The position numbers and the translations under genes are program-made. A stretch of DNA of 64,000 bases, taken from Octopus sinensis. Taxonomy: Eukaryota. Positions 13,461 through 26,090 of this stretch are shown here, one piece after another. The DNA lies in contig NC_043003.1 of the NCBI RefSeq assembly GCF_006345805.1, positions 49,042,001 through 49,106,000 of the forward strand. The letters run 5' to 3'. Each line of letters begins with the position of its first letter. Within the stretch, counting starts at the first letter, position 1. The notes beneath the pieces are model-generated. The model worked only from the letters and a program-made list of their open reading frames with translations, made no database searches and was not told the origin of the DNA.

Positions 13461-14624
13461 TCGCACATACAGGTTGCACGCAAACACGCATACACTCACG
13501 CACGGACACACGCACGCACGGACACACACACGCAACACCCAACCACACGCAAATACACATTGCATTTCTCCTCCTATGTTCTTCAACTATTTATATAACA
13601 TAAATTGAACCTAGATTTATTAGCTTACTAATTGCTTGCTATATTACACGTAACGTAGAAAAGAAAGAAAGAGAGAGAGAGAGAGAGAGTGAGTGAGAGA
13701 AGGAGAGAGAGAGAAGGAGAGAGAAAAGGAGAGAGAGAGAGAGAAGGAGAGAGAGAGAGAAGGTGAGAGGGAGAGCTATACAAGGAGGGCGCAAAAGCGA
13801 ACAAAAAATTTTGTATAAATGTTGAATTATTTTTTCCTTATTTTCCAATTTTTCAATTTTTCCTTTTGTTTTTGAAATATTTTTATCATTAGAAAAATAA
13901 TCTTTTTTTAGCTTTTATATTCTTAAATTTCCTCTTTAGATACGTTGCTAATAAAAGCATTTATATTGCTTTCCGCTAGAATATAAATATACATATTTAC
14001 TAAACGTGGCAATCGTTAAGTTATTAACGAGGTGTTTTTTAGATGATACTTTGAAGATAAAGTAAAAATTATCCTCCGTCAGCCTCGACGATCCAACTGA
14101 AGTGCTTTATAATATATTACGGTTTAAGTGGTTGAATATTCCGGGAAAAATTTAGGTATCCTCAGGTAAAACCAAAGTGACACTCTGTAACAAATTTGGC
14201 CCTTTGAACCACATATATAACTGTCGGACAGGACTCCATACAGTCTCCGTAAACCCTTTGATATACTGAAGTGCCTGTTCATTTCATTGGAGTGTATGTG
14301 ATTGAGTATTCCAAGCAAAATCGATGCACCTTTAGGAAGAATCGATGTGATACAGAATGGAACAATGCCAACCATTTGAAGTACAGATACAAATCGTTGA
14401 ATGGGCGTCCATTCAGATTCCGTATTATTCCATTACCCTCATAAGTCCTGGGGCAATCCAAGGCTATTGTGAAATTCAGGCAATAGATTGAACCCGAAAC
14501 CAAGTGATTGATAACGAGTTTCTAACCCTTTGGTCAATTCTGCGCACATACCTTATAAATACTTACATCCTCTCATACTAATACAGTTATATGTATGTGT
14601 GTATGTGTGCGTGCGTATGTGTCG

Positions 14625-14765
14625 CCGAGGTTCATTTTGCCTTTCATCCTTTCGAGGTCGATAAAATAAGTACCAGTTGAACGTTGGGGTCTCAGTAATC
14701 GACTTACATCTCTCCTGAAATTGCTGGACTTGTGCCAAGATTTGAAATCTGTAATATAATATGAA
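14625..14765 (+). mobile_element. SINE family B 3' part (B2 tail)
   Basis: gccgaggttcattttgcctttcatcctttcgaggtcgataaaataagtaccag...tgtgccaagatttgaaatc. Confidence 0.8.
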
Positions 14766-15616
14766 ATAGCCCTCACTTTGAAGGGTATGCTTTTGCATTG
14801 AAGGAACTAGAAATGACGACAAAATACCTGGTGTGTGAGAAAAGCAGGTCGGTAAATGGACATATTGAAAATGATGCAGACGGTGGAATTAACATCGAAG
14901 ACGTTATCCACAATATAAGCAGCTGCCAGAAAATGTCATCACGGTTCTCTATACTTGGCACGGTTTTTCTATACTGAGGCAAGATGTCAAGGACAAAACA
15001 TTACACAGCGTAATCCGTACAAAAGGTAGTTCCGAACATGAAAATGTAAGTTACAATGTTGTGAATGTTATACTTTTTTCATTATATGAAAGAATACTGG
15101 TGGAATATCTCCACTAAAACTTCTGTTAGACACTAAACATAATAAAACAGACATAATGATCTGCGATAGAGAAACAAAAGTATGTACAATAACAGAAATT
15201 AATTTTCCGGAAGATGTTAACATTAAAGATAAAAGAAAACATCTATTCCGGTTGAATGGGAAATCTATAGATGCTACGCACGAATATAGATTATAAGCGT
15301 GATTATTGGGTCACTTAGTTATGAAACAAAAAAAAGCCTGAGTACCAATCTTATGAAGCCGGGCTTCGAAAACTAAAACGAAAGCGATGAATTGCGAACT
15401 GGCAATTACACGCCATTAACGGAACCATGAAAATAAGTAAAAGATTCCAGAATAATTTGGTATATATACGCACGTATAGAGACACCAACTTGTGTGTGTG
15501 TGTGTGTGTCAATATATGCATATGTGTGTCTAATTTTATGGGTAATACCATAAAAAATTCTGGTGCATCTAAGTTAAGTACCATATTCATTTGAATCTAA
15601 ATTGTTTTGCTGAATA

Positions 15617-15650
<34 letters not shown>

Positions 15651-15665
15651 AGATAGATATTAGTA

Positions 15666-15749
<84 letters not shown>

Positions 15750-16169
15750 ATGTATATGTATATTCATACATATATGTCAGAACAGATAAATCTTAACATG
15801 CCATGACATGCATGCTTCCACATTTACGTATATCTCCAGACACCTGTAAATACCAGTTGATGTTATCTAATATCCTATAAAACATCTTCGCTTCAACGTT
15901 GAAATCAGGTTTTACTCTATAAGTGAAAATATTAAATATACAACCTCAAAAACGTTTTGCTTTTACAATTGTGTCAACTGGTGCATGACCTAATGTTTTA
16001 TGCCCGGAATAAGTAATGACTTTTATAACCAAGTATATAAGCAAGAAAGAATTTGGTAAAAGAAGACGAAACAATACTGATATAAAAGAAAACATTAACA
16101 GATCAAAATACATATTAGTTATGAACCGTTTTTATTTCTACATGCAATATGTATAACATATCACAGGCA

Positions 16170-17050
16170 GGAAATGGCGGCGAGCTGGCAGAAACGTTAG
16201 CAATCCGGGCGAAATGCTTATCGGTATTTCGTCTGCCGCTACGTTCTGAGTTCAAATTCCGCTGAGGTTGACTTTGACTTTCATCTTTTCGGGGTCGATT
16301 AAATAAGTACCAGTTACGCACTGGGGTCGATATGATCGATTTGATCCGTTTCTCTGTCCTTGTTTGTACCCTCTGCGTATAGCCCCTTGTGGGTAGTAAA
16401 GAAATAGGTATTTCGTCTGTCTTTATGTTCTTTCATCATTTCGGGGGTCGAAAAAGTAAGTACCGGTTACTCACTGGGGTTGATGTAATCGACTTAATAC
16501 CTTTGTCTTTCCTTGTTTGTCTCCTCTATGTTTAGCCCCTTATGGGCAATAAAGAAATAAGAAACGTTAGCACGCTTTTAAGGCGGTGAGCTGGCAGAAT
16601 CGTTAGCACGCCGGGCGAAATGCTTAGCGGTATTTCGCCCGTCGCTACGTTCTGAGTTCAAATTCCGCCGAGGTCGACTTTACCTTACATTCTTTCGGGG
16701 TCGATAAATTAAGTATCAGTTACGCACTGGGTCGATGTAATCGACTTAATCCCTTTGTTTGTCCCCTTAATGTTTAGCCCCTTGTGGGTAATAAAGAAAT
16801 AAGAAACGTCAGCACCTATGTCTGTCCTTGTTTGTCCCCTTTGTGTTTAGCCCCTTGTGGGCAATAAAGAAATAGGTATTTCGTCTGTCTTTACGTTCTG
16901 GGTTCAAATTCTGCCAAGGACGACTTTGCCTTTCATCCTTTCGGGGCCGATAAATTAAGTACCAGTTGCGTACTGGTGTCGACCTAATCGACTGGTCCCC
17001 TTCCCCCAAATTTCGGGCCTTGTGCCTAGAGTAGAAAAGAATATTTGTGT
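16170..17050 (+). mobile_element. Cluster of SINE family B copies (multimeric B1 units ending in a B2 tail)
   Basis: Two heads ggcggcgagctggcagaaacgttagc (16176, 16582) and four tails ending agccccttgtggg...aaagaaata, each followed by re-entry into head sequence. Confidence 0.92.
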
Positions 17051-17623
17051 ATGCAATAGTTTTAGAGAACTTAGTATTTTCATAATGGGGATGCCTATGA
17101 AATCCTCTAGTGCATGTTCTTCAAAACTGTTCAATAATAAAATTGAAATAAACATGGCTTTAAGAAACAGAAGGAGTCACGTGGAATGGAAGGTCGTTGA
17201 AGAGGTCAGAGGATGTGTGACGAAAGAGTCAGATCATTTTCTGAAATGATGGAATGGAGGAAACTGAAGAAGCGAGTGGCTGTGATTCGTCTAGGTTACT
17301 TGTGTATTGGGTGAGAAAACAATGGTAGATACATCGATAAACAGATGGCAAATTTAGCGAAGTAAAACAAATAATTTGTTTACCAGTTTTCTTAAGAGAA
17401 ATTATAGGACGGAGATTCATCGTTTTGTTTCCATTTTGTTATAAAAGTTTTTTTTAAAGAAGAAATATTTTATTTTCGAAAGTGGCAGCTTAACGACTAT
17501 GTGGAGAATTATGTGTCTGTGTACCCCTACACTCACATGCGCACGTACAGACATACGTACATACGTACATACATACATACATACATACATATATGCACAC
17601 ATACAAAGGGAAAGAGCGAGAAC

Positions 17624-17686
<63 letters not shown>

Positions 17687-17994
17687 TGGTGAGACCAGAT
17701 GTTACAGACAGACAGCTTTCACAATAATTACAATAATGATTATGTTTATTTCTTTTCACAACTATAATTACAATGCCCATTGCTTTCCATTACGATTACA
17801 TCGACCAAACACATTCCTGATGAATGACAAGACTTTTTTCTTTTATATATAAGGGAAGCATGTTTTCCCCAACAAGTTTGTGTTGAGAGTGAATCAAAAA
17901 CAAAAAAATAGTTTTCATAATTTTTATGACTATAGCTAAGATTTATAAAAATACATTTATATCCACACCAAAATATTATATACGAGTGTTCATT

Positions 17995-18845
17995 TTTCTT
18001 TTACTTGTGTCAGCCATTCGACTGTAGCCATGCTGGGGCACCGCCTTGAAGTGTTTTAGTCGAACAGATCGACCCAAGGATTTATTTTTTAAAGCCTGGT
18101 ACTTATCCTATCGGGCTCTTATGCCGAACTGCTAAGTTATGAGGACGTAAACACACCTACATCGGTTGTCAACCTGTACTGAGAGAACTAACACAGACAC
18201 AAAGATACACCCACACATCGATATATACAAACATAATGCATATATATATATATATATGGAAACTGAAAGAAGCCCGTTGTATGTATATATATATATAAAA
18301 TTTAATAAGGGTAGAAGTTGATATTAATCAATTAAAACCAGTGGCCTAGCATATTAAAAAAATCCGAAGATTAAAATATTTTTACATACAAAATTTAAAG
18401 GACTCACCACTAAAAGTGGACGGTCAACATGCTAGATATAGACGTCAAATCGCTATTTTCCACAAAGAATATGTTCTCAAATAAAAATCCAGCACGTACC
18501 AAAGTATTAAAAATAAGCAAGACAAATGAAAATATACGAAATAAAAATGATTACCTATGTACCGATCAGTTTCGATTGTTATTATCCACGCATGTGAATA
18601 CCCGCAATCTCTTCAGCATAGTCGTCATATAGAAATACAATTTGAAGGACTATATATATATATATATATGTATATATTTATACATACAACGGGCTTCTTT
18701 CAGTTTCCACTTACCAAATCCACTCACAACGCTTTGGTCGCCCAGAGTCTGTTGTAGAAGACACCCGCCCAAGGTGCCACGCAATGAGAGCAACCCGGAA
18801 CCTTGTGGTTGGGAAGGAAGCTTCTTACCACACAGCCATGTCTGC
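17995..18845 (-). mobile_element. SINE family A split by a ~430 bp insertion in its (TA)n tract
   Basis: Tail 17995-18235 and head 18685-18845 in the same orientation, with unrelated sequence at 18260-18640 between TA runs. Confidence 0.85.
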
Positions 18846-19366
18846 GGGTACACTTTTTGTTATCAAATCTCTGAGCCCTGCAATATGGAGCAAATATTGT
18901 TTGAGCTTTACTTAGTCATTCTATTCTATATCAAGATCTACTTTGGTATGTTTAGAGAGGCCTAGAAAATATTTCTATCAGCCATTTGAAGCAATTTATG
19001 ACTTATTGGGACGATGTTTACCCAAACTTGAACCACAACACTACTAAACAGCTCCGTCGACAGGCATTTTTCGTTGTCCAAAAACGATTGTCACGGATAG
19101 TTATTTTTATTCCAACTCCTGCGATGCCAGTCCATTCAAAATTAGCCAACAGCTGCCATAAAAGAGAGCAATAAAAGTGTCAACAAACTGCTGCCATGAT
19201 TACCATCACTCAACTCTCATATATCTTTGTACAAAAATAATCCAACAGAGATAACTGAAGAATTTACACAGTGTAAGACAATTTGAAGTCACACTTTGAA
19301 AATAATTTTCCCCAATTTCGTGAAGACACATAAAATAGCTGGTCTTTTTTTTTTTTTTTTTGACAG

Positions 19367-19622
19367 GTGTATTGGGAGAAGAACAATCATTCTCATGCTA
19401 AAAGTTATTGCTGCTGTTGCTGGAGACTGTACGAAAATATGTGACAACTCGTTTTGAACAATCAATATCTGTTTGAATACTTCTGTCTATCTGAGCGCCG
19501 CAGAATCGGACATTCTGATCAGCATACAAAGATATAAAGTAGATAAGATGCAGAAATTGTATATTATGGAAAAAAAATTTGCTAAAATGTTCTGTGATTC
19601 TACATTCCAGTTCTTAAAGGAG
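19367..19622 (+). other. Candidate spliced exon (strong splice signals, one in-frame stop)
   Basis: Acceptor t(17)gacag| and donor GAG|gtaagt. The frame ending in phase 0 has one internal TGA, then reads ...MQKLYIMEKKFAKMFCDSTFQFLKE; may be a 5'UTR/start exon. Confidence 0.35.
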
Positions 19623-19694
19623 GTAAGTAATTCCAAACGACGAACTCAAAATTGAGTGAAGACTTCGTAACCGGAAAATAAAGGATTAATCATG

Positions 19695-20090
19695 TTAGGT
19701 GCAGAAATGAATGTGTGGTTAAGTGGCTTCTTTTGAAACGATGTTGTTTCAGGTTCAGTTCCACTACGCAGCACTTTCGGTGAGTGTCGTTCACAATAGC
19801 CCGATCTGATCAACGTCTTGTGAATGAATTTTGTGGACGGAAACTATGTGAAAGCCCGTTGTATGTGTGTTTGTGTGTTTGTTTATGTCCCTTACCTACT
19901 ACTTGACAATCGGTGTTATTTTGTTTACGTTCAACTGAATTAGCGGGTCGGCAAAAAGACACCGATAGAATAAGTGATAGACTTTAAAAAAATAAGTACT
20001 GGGGTTGATCTGGTCGACGAAAACCCCAAACCCTTCAAGGCAGTGTCCCAGCAAGGATGTAGTCCGATAACTGAAACAAGTAAAAAGCAA
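19695..20090 (+). mobile_element. SINE family A, older copy
   Basis: caggttcagttccactacgcagcactttcgg head ... ccagcaaggatgtagtccgataactgaaacaagtaaaa tail. Confidence 0.8.
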
Positions 20091-20119
20091 AAGGTAGAAG
20101 CCATTATTAACCACAAGTA

Positions 20120-20345
20120 GTGGAGCGAGCTGGCTGAATCGTTATCACGCCGTGCAAAATACTTAGCGGCATTTTGTCCGTCTTTACGTTCTGAGTTCAA
20201 ATTCCGCCGCGGTCAGCTTTGTCTTTCGTCCTTTCGTACGATAAATTAAGTACCAATGAAACACTGAGGCCGATGTAATCGACTAGTTCTCTCTGCACAA
20301 ATTTCAAGCTTTGTGCTTATTGTAGAAATGATTAGTATTATTATA
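20120..20345 (+). mobile_element. SINE family B (B2 tail)
   Basis: gcgagctggctgaatcgttatcacgcc...ctgagttcaaattccgcc...gatgtaatcgactag. Confidence 0.85.
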
Positions 20346-21720
20346 TGAAAACTCACAGCATATTTTGCTGGGTATGATGGAAAGTGTCAGCTATCCACAA
20401 CCAGCAGACTAAGGTAACACTTGTTTACTGGTCATGCTTGAAGAACCTTACGAAGAATTCTTGCAGTTCCAAGCAATGCTGATTTTTGTAGGTGTTCTAC
20501 CTTTACACTTGCACCAATCCTTTTCATCCATGTTGATAGCTGAGTGCTGATACTTCTGAGTGCATTATTGGCATCACGTCTACTCTCCTCATTGACCACA
20601 ACCGTCGAATTTCTCACTTTAAATCGTCATAATTGTTTATTTTTTCTTTTTCTTTCACATTAAGCCTGTTATCACCTGGGCATGCTATGTCGATTATCAT
20701 ACATGTTCTTTCATTTTCATTTAACACAACTATGTCCGGTTTCCGATGTCTGGTCTGTTGATCGCCCTGAATCATTGCATCCCACAGGATTTTGAAATTT
20801 TCATTTTCAGTGACTCCTTCTGGGATTTGCTCTTTGTAGGCGTGATTTCCACAGAGCTCCCAATCGATCATTCTTGCCACATCGTCATGGCATCTTTTCT
20901 ATTCGTGTTGTGGTATTTTCGGGCACTCGCTAACTATGTGCCATACCGTGTCACCCCTCTCATCACACATTCTGCATTTGTCGCTATTGGTAATGTTGTC
21001 TATTCTGCACTTCATATAGTTGGTCTTTAACGCTTGTTCCTGAGCTGCGCACATGAATGCTTCTGTCTCTATCTTCAGGTCACTTCTCTTCATCTATAGC
21101 CACCGGTCCTCTGTATCTGTCTTGGCGTTCAAATCTCTTGCAAACTGACTGTACATTTTCTTTTCCTTCCATGCTTTTTCTTTGTTTTTTTTTGTTAATT
21201 TCTTGTTTAAATTTCTCTTTCGTTACACAATTTTCAGTTTTGATGACGCCGGCCTTCTTCGTGTGTTTCAACAGAGGCTCCACGGCAGTTTTATATATCA
21301 CCTTGAGCTGTTTTCCTCTGCTTCGATACAGTCCTTGCAACTGATCAAACCTCTCCCACCCTTTCTTCTGGACAAGCACAGCCTATCGGTATCACTCTTA
21401 AGGTGGAAAGTTCCGTGTACTGTCAACATTTTTCTGGTCTTGGTATCCATTTTCTTTTCTTCTCTCTGTTGCTATTTTATAATTCCCGCTCCTTACTGAA
21501 GTGATGCTATCGCCCACGTATTAACTACTTGGATTATATTCCATCCCGTCAATTTTGAGCGCAACACCAACCTCAGTCTTCGGAGATACTCCATTCTCAT
21601 TTCCTCTTTCATTTCTTTTCCCATTATCTCGTTGATTCTAGTACACCAAGGTATTTGTATCCTTCCATTTCAATTTGTTTAGTCAAGTCTCTATTAGGTA
21701 ATCAGGTGGATTATTTCGCA
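20345..21720 (-). mobile_element. 5'-truncated R4/Dong-type non-LTR retrotransposon (RT thumb, CCHC knuckle, REL endonuclease), degenerate
   Basis: Fragments GYKYLGV, ETEAFMCAAQEQALKTN, KCRMCDERGDTVWHIVSEC, RKPDIVV...IIDIACPGD, QKSALLGTARILRKVL; several frameshifts. Confidence 0.9.
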
Positions 21721-21789
21721 CTTCTTGAATTCAAATTCCATTCTAATATCAGTACTAAAACAGTGAACCGTGTTCACCAAAGTACATCA

Positions 21790-21850
<61 letters not shown>
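21790..21850. repeat. (TTA)n microsatellite at the 3' end of the R4/Dong element
   Basis: Directly visible; reads (TAA)n downstream of the element's A-rich end on the minus strand. Confidence 0.95.
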
Positions 21851-24800
21851 TTTTTTTTTTCTTCTTTCAAATTTGCTTCCATTTCTTGCCGAGTGTCTTC
21901 CCGACTCCTAGGGCAAAGAAAACTCATAGTATACATTGGTAGGCCATTAAACCAAACTCAGTAGTTCGTTCATTTTTTTTTTTTTTTAAAGTTAAATTGA
22001 AATACATGAGCAGCAACAGTTCTCACATCGACAATGCTCTTCTCAATACGTGTGATGTACCAGTTAAGACAATCTTTTGCACTTCTTGCAGGGATGGTAA
22101 GCCAGGGATCATTCTCATATAATTTTCGTTCCCTTCTTGATCATTCCTAGTGCTCCTACGATCACTGGTATTGTAACCGCCTTGAGATGCCACATTTTCT
22201 CAATTTCAATGAGTAGGTCTTTATATTTTCTGAGCTTGTCAAATCTTTCGCTGAGATATTATGATCACAGGGGATGCTCATGTCGATCAATAAGCAAACT
22301 TTATTGTTTTGGTCTTTCACAACAATATCTGGTTTATTGGCCTTGATGGTTCGGTCTGTATGTACTGGAAAGTCCCACAGAATGGTTACATTTTCTCCTT
22401 CAGTTACAGCCTCAGGGTGGTGATTATACCACTTGTCGGCAGTTTTGATATTGTAATGCCGACTTATTAGCCAGTGGAGATATTGGCCAACTCTGTCATG
22501 TCTTAATTTATACTCCACTGGTGCTAAGACTTTACATCCAGAAATTAGGTGGTCCACTGTTTCAATCATGTCGTTGCAGAATCGGCATTTTGTGTCTGCT
22601 CCATTTTTCATCACATTGGCCTGGTAGTTCCGGGTTAATAGGCTTTGATCTTGAGCAGCCAGGATGAAACCTTCGCTCTCTGCTTTTAGCCCTGAGCTCC
22701 GCAGCCACTGATGGGTTTGCTTCTGGTCAACATCAGCTTGTTTGCTGCGGGTCACATATTTGCCGTGCAGAGGTTTCTCCTCCCACCTATCAGCCAAATG
22801 CTCGTGCGCTTTTTTCATTGCCATCATTTTCACCTTCTTTGCAACAATAGTTGCCGTACTTCCCTCGGGTTGTTCAGTTTGGGTATCCTGCACGAGATCA
22901 ATAGCAAATTTTTTGCTTTCCTTTATGATAGAATGAAGCTTCTTTCGTCTCTCGTGATTTTCCACGAGTTTTAGCATCCAGTCATTCGATATTTCGAGAT
23001 ATTTGGCCAGTCCAATTGTGGTTGTTTTGTAAGCTAGTTCAAATTGGATCAGGCCTCGACCTCCTTGGGCTCTGGGAAGGTAAAGGCGATCTACGTCTGC
23101 CTTTGGGTGGTGCATCCTATAACAACTCAGCAGCTTGCGTATTTTCCTATCTATATTCCTTACTTCACTCATATTCCAGTTCAACACATTGTAGCTATAA
23201 GTAACAACTGGAACTGCTAAGGAATTTATAGCTAACACCTTGTTTCGTGCATTTAGTTCAGATTTCAGGACTGCACGAACTCTCCTATAACATTCCTTCC
23301 TGATCTTCTCTTTCATGCTTGCATGCTGAATACCAGAGCCTTCATTTATCCCTAAATATTTGTATGTTTGTTCTTGCTCAAGCTCTCTTATGACTGTGTC
23401 AACATCTAACACGACTGAATTTGTGGTCTTCACTTTCCCCTTCTGGAAAGTGGTCTTGGCACACTTCTCAAGTCCAAACTCCATCCTGATGTCATCGCTG
23501 AATGCTTTCACGGTGCGCAATAGGCCTTCAAGTTCATTATTGTCTTTACCATAAAGTTTTAAGTCATCCATATAAAATAGATGGCTTATTTTTTTATTGG
23601 CAATTTTATACCCATACCCTGTTCTGTTTAATTCACTTGTAAGGGGTATTAGGGCTATGCAGAATATTAAAGGTGAAAGTGAGTCACCTTGAAAAATTCC
23701 ACAGTTGATGTTTATTATTTGAGGCAAGTACTCCATTAGAGTGGTATAATTGGAGATTCGTATTCCACAACGACATATTGTGCTTCAGGAAGTTTGAAAT
23801 CACAGGGAAAATTTGAAGATGTCCAGCGATCTCAAGATCCATGGATGCGGTATACTGTCGAAGGCCTTTGGCCTTTTTATAGTCAATCCATGCGTTGCTG
23901 AGATTTCTGCGCTTGTTGTGACAGTTCTCAAGGATCATACGATTGATTAGCAGTTGATCTTTGCATCCGTAAGAGCCCTCGGCGCACCCTTTTGTTCAAT
24001 GGGGAAAATATCGTTCTTCTCCACGAATGCATATGTTTTCTCCGCCAGATAGATGTTAGGATTTTATACGTGGTGGATAGACAGGTTATAGGCCGATGTT
24101 TTTGGAAGGTTGGTTTCGTTATTCTTTGGGAATAGGTAAGTAATGCCACTTGCTAACCATTCAGGTGTTTTCTTTGGGTCTCTCATAATTCCATTGAGCA
24201 GCTGAACTAGCTTACCGTGTGCGCATGGGAGCGATGCGAGCCAGAAATTCGGCACCCTATCTTTACCGGGGATTTCCAATTATGGGCCTTCGTGAGTGCC
24301 TTTCTTAGGTCTGCTATTGTGATGTCTTCCCATGCTGTTGTAAATTTTGGTAGGATCCTTCAGTTTGTATAATCCAGTCTGCATTATGTTGTACGTCTTC
24401 TTGTCACTCCAAATCCTTTTCCACAAGTTTTGAACTTCTTCCATGAGAGGGGGGGTCTTTAACGGTTACTTTCTCCTTCCCTATTTCTCTGTAGAATTTT
24501 TTGGCATTGGATGTGAACAGCTTATTTTGCTTGTAAAACTTGTTTCTCTTCTCAAATCTTCGTATTCTTTGGGATTTTGCTTGGACTTTTTGTTTCAGCG
24601 TTTCTTTTATTGATATCAGTTCTTCTCTTGGTGAGGATCCAAATTTTCTCTTCATCTTTCTTCCTGTTCTGGATCTTACATCATTTCCACATATTAGCTC
24701 ATTTAATATTGATATTTCCCCCTCTCATAAATTCAATCTCTCTTTCAATTTTACTTCTCAGTTTGATTTCTTCCCAGGTTTTGTTTTCTTGGTTTTTTCG

Positions 24801-25815
24801 GGGGCATACAGCTGGTTCAATTGCCCTAGCAGAAGCGTAAATAATTTCATTTAACTCAGTAAAATTAGGTTTTAATTCTCGTATTATTTCATTTGTTACA
24901 TAGTTGCCAATTTGGATTTGTTTTTATTTTGGTTTGTATTTGAGTTTATGAAGTGGTTCTCTATCATTCATACTTGTATGTCTTACAATTCAAGCGTATT
25001 CAGGATTTTCTGCCTCATTTCTGCCATAGGACTCTCTGTGTTCTTCAGCAAATGCGAGATCTTCAGTTACTATTGTTTTTCGTTTTCCTGGCTATCTTTA
25101 AACAGGTACAATAGAATTTCTTGTATCTTCAGGCCTTTGCGTACTGTGGTCAGACGGCAGTCTTTCAATTAAGCCTAGGGCGGGCTATACTGTTCATCTG
25201 ATTCTTCATTTCCTTGTGTCTTATATTTTATGTCATTTCCGTTGCGTGCTCGATCGCGCTTATTTCACTGGTCTGTGAGTCTGTTATTTCTAGGATATCC
25301 CTCCTCACATTTGTAATTTGTTCTCGTCCAAATAGGGCCTACTGTCTTGATCCGTTGTTCTCCATATACTGTAAGAGTTGCGGTGTTGTGTGCTCTTTGT
25401 GTGCATGAGATGCCTACCTAATGCATTAGTAATAAGCGTATATACTTCTTTATACGCTTCTCGGGTCCATTTGTTCCGCTTACATTTTTCTTTCTGTGGT
25501 GGGTGTGGTGGTGAAACTTGGAGGGCTCGAGAGTTGGGGGATTTCCCGTTCAATGTGACCATCCATGTCCGTATTCGGAGAAGAGTTTGTGCCAGTTGAT
25601 GACTTTTCGATCCCAGGCTGGCTTTCTTCCCGGGGGACGCGCTTCCAGATTAACCATAGGACAAGCGATTTGGTTTATACTGATTTAGTTTTCCTTTAGT
25701 TTCCAAAAACATTTGGTGCTACGATAATGTATCATTTTTTAGCTTTGATTGGCTCGTGGAGGAGACGGCATCATTGCCGTTACAATATAAATCGTACCAT
25801 TATAGCAGCCGGTAG
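21850..25815 (-). mobile_element. Near full-length R4/Dong-clade non-LTR retrotransposon
   Basis: Single long ORF (~25660 to 22023, broken by indels) with RNKWTRE N-terminus, RPITCLST, GIFQGDSLSPL, HLFYMDDLKLY (RT), CRFC..ETVDHLISGC..HDRVG (CCHC), KPDIVV..IDMSIP (REL); flanked by (TAA)n on both sides. Confidence 0.95.
22162..23736 (-). CDS. RT-CCHC-REL polyprotein of the R4/Dong element (longest open segment, 524 aa)
   Basis: ORF track translation with QGDSLSP, YMDD and KPDIVV motifs; the true C-terminus continues after a 1-bp slip to ...RRALSM* at 22023. Confidence 0.9.
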   Translation of the reverse strand: MEYLPQIININCGIFQGDSLSPLIFCIALIPLTSELNRTGYGYKIANKKISHLFYMDDLKLYGKDNNELEGLLRTVKAFSDDIRMEFGLEKCAKTTFQKGKVKTTNSVVLDVDTVIRELEQEQTYKYLGINEGSGIQHASMKEKIRKECYRRVRAVLKSELNARNKVLAINSLAVPVVTYSYNVLNWNMSEVRNIDRKIRKLLSCYRMHHPKADVDRLYLPRAQGGRGLIQFELAYKTTTIGLAKYLEISNDWMLKLVENHERRKKLHSIIKESKKFAIDLVQDTQTEQPEGSTATIVAKKVKMMAMKKAHEHLADRWEEKPLHGKYVTRSKQADVDQKQTHQWLRSSGLKAESEGFILAAQDQSLLTRNYQANVMKNGADTKCRFCNDMIETVDHLISGCKVLAPVEYKLRHDRVGQYLHWLISRHYNIKTADKWYNHHPEAVTEGENVTILWDFPVHTDRTIKANKPDIVVKDQNNKVCLLIDMSIPCDHNISAKDLTSSENIKTYSLKLRKCGISRRLQYQ

Positions 25816-25954
25816 TCGGCTTATTATTGTTATTATCATCACCATTACCATCACTATCTCATTATCACCACCATACCTCATCATTCTCTTCTTATTATTA
25901 TTGTTATTGTTATTATTATTATTATTATTATTATTAGTAGTAGTAGTAGTAGTA

Positions 25955-26090
25955 GTTGCCTTCCATCCTTTCGGGGTCGATAAAATAAGTACCAGTTGAG
26001 CACTGGGGTCGATGTAATCAGCTTAGCCTCTCACCCCACCCCCAACGAAATTGCTGGCTTTGTGCCTAAAATTTAAACCATTATTACCAG
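25955..26090 (+). mobile_element. SINE family B 3' part (B2 tail)
   Basis: gccttccatcctttcggggtcgataaaataagtaccagttgagcactggggtcgatgtaatc. Confidence 0.85.

Noticed and set aside
14124-14503. Two overlapping minus-strand ORFs of 74-83 aa
   Set aside because: No recognisable motif and no convincing splice sites.
16170-17050. CRISPR-like repeat-spacer array (also 40894-41479)
   Set aside because: The units are ~185 bp SINE bodies without unique spacers, in eukaryotic DNA with no cas genes.
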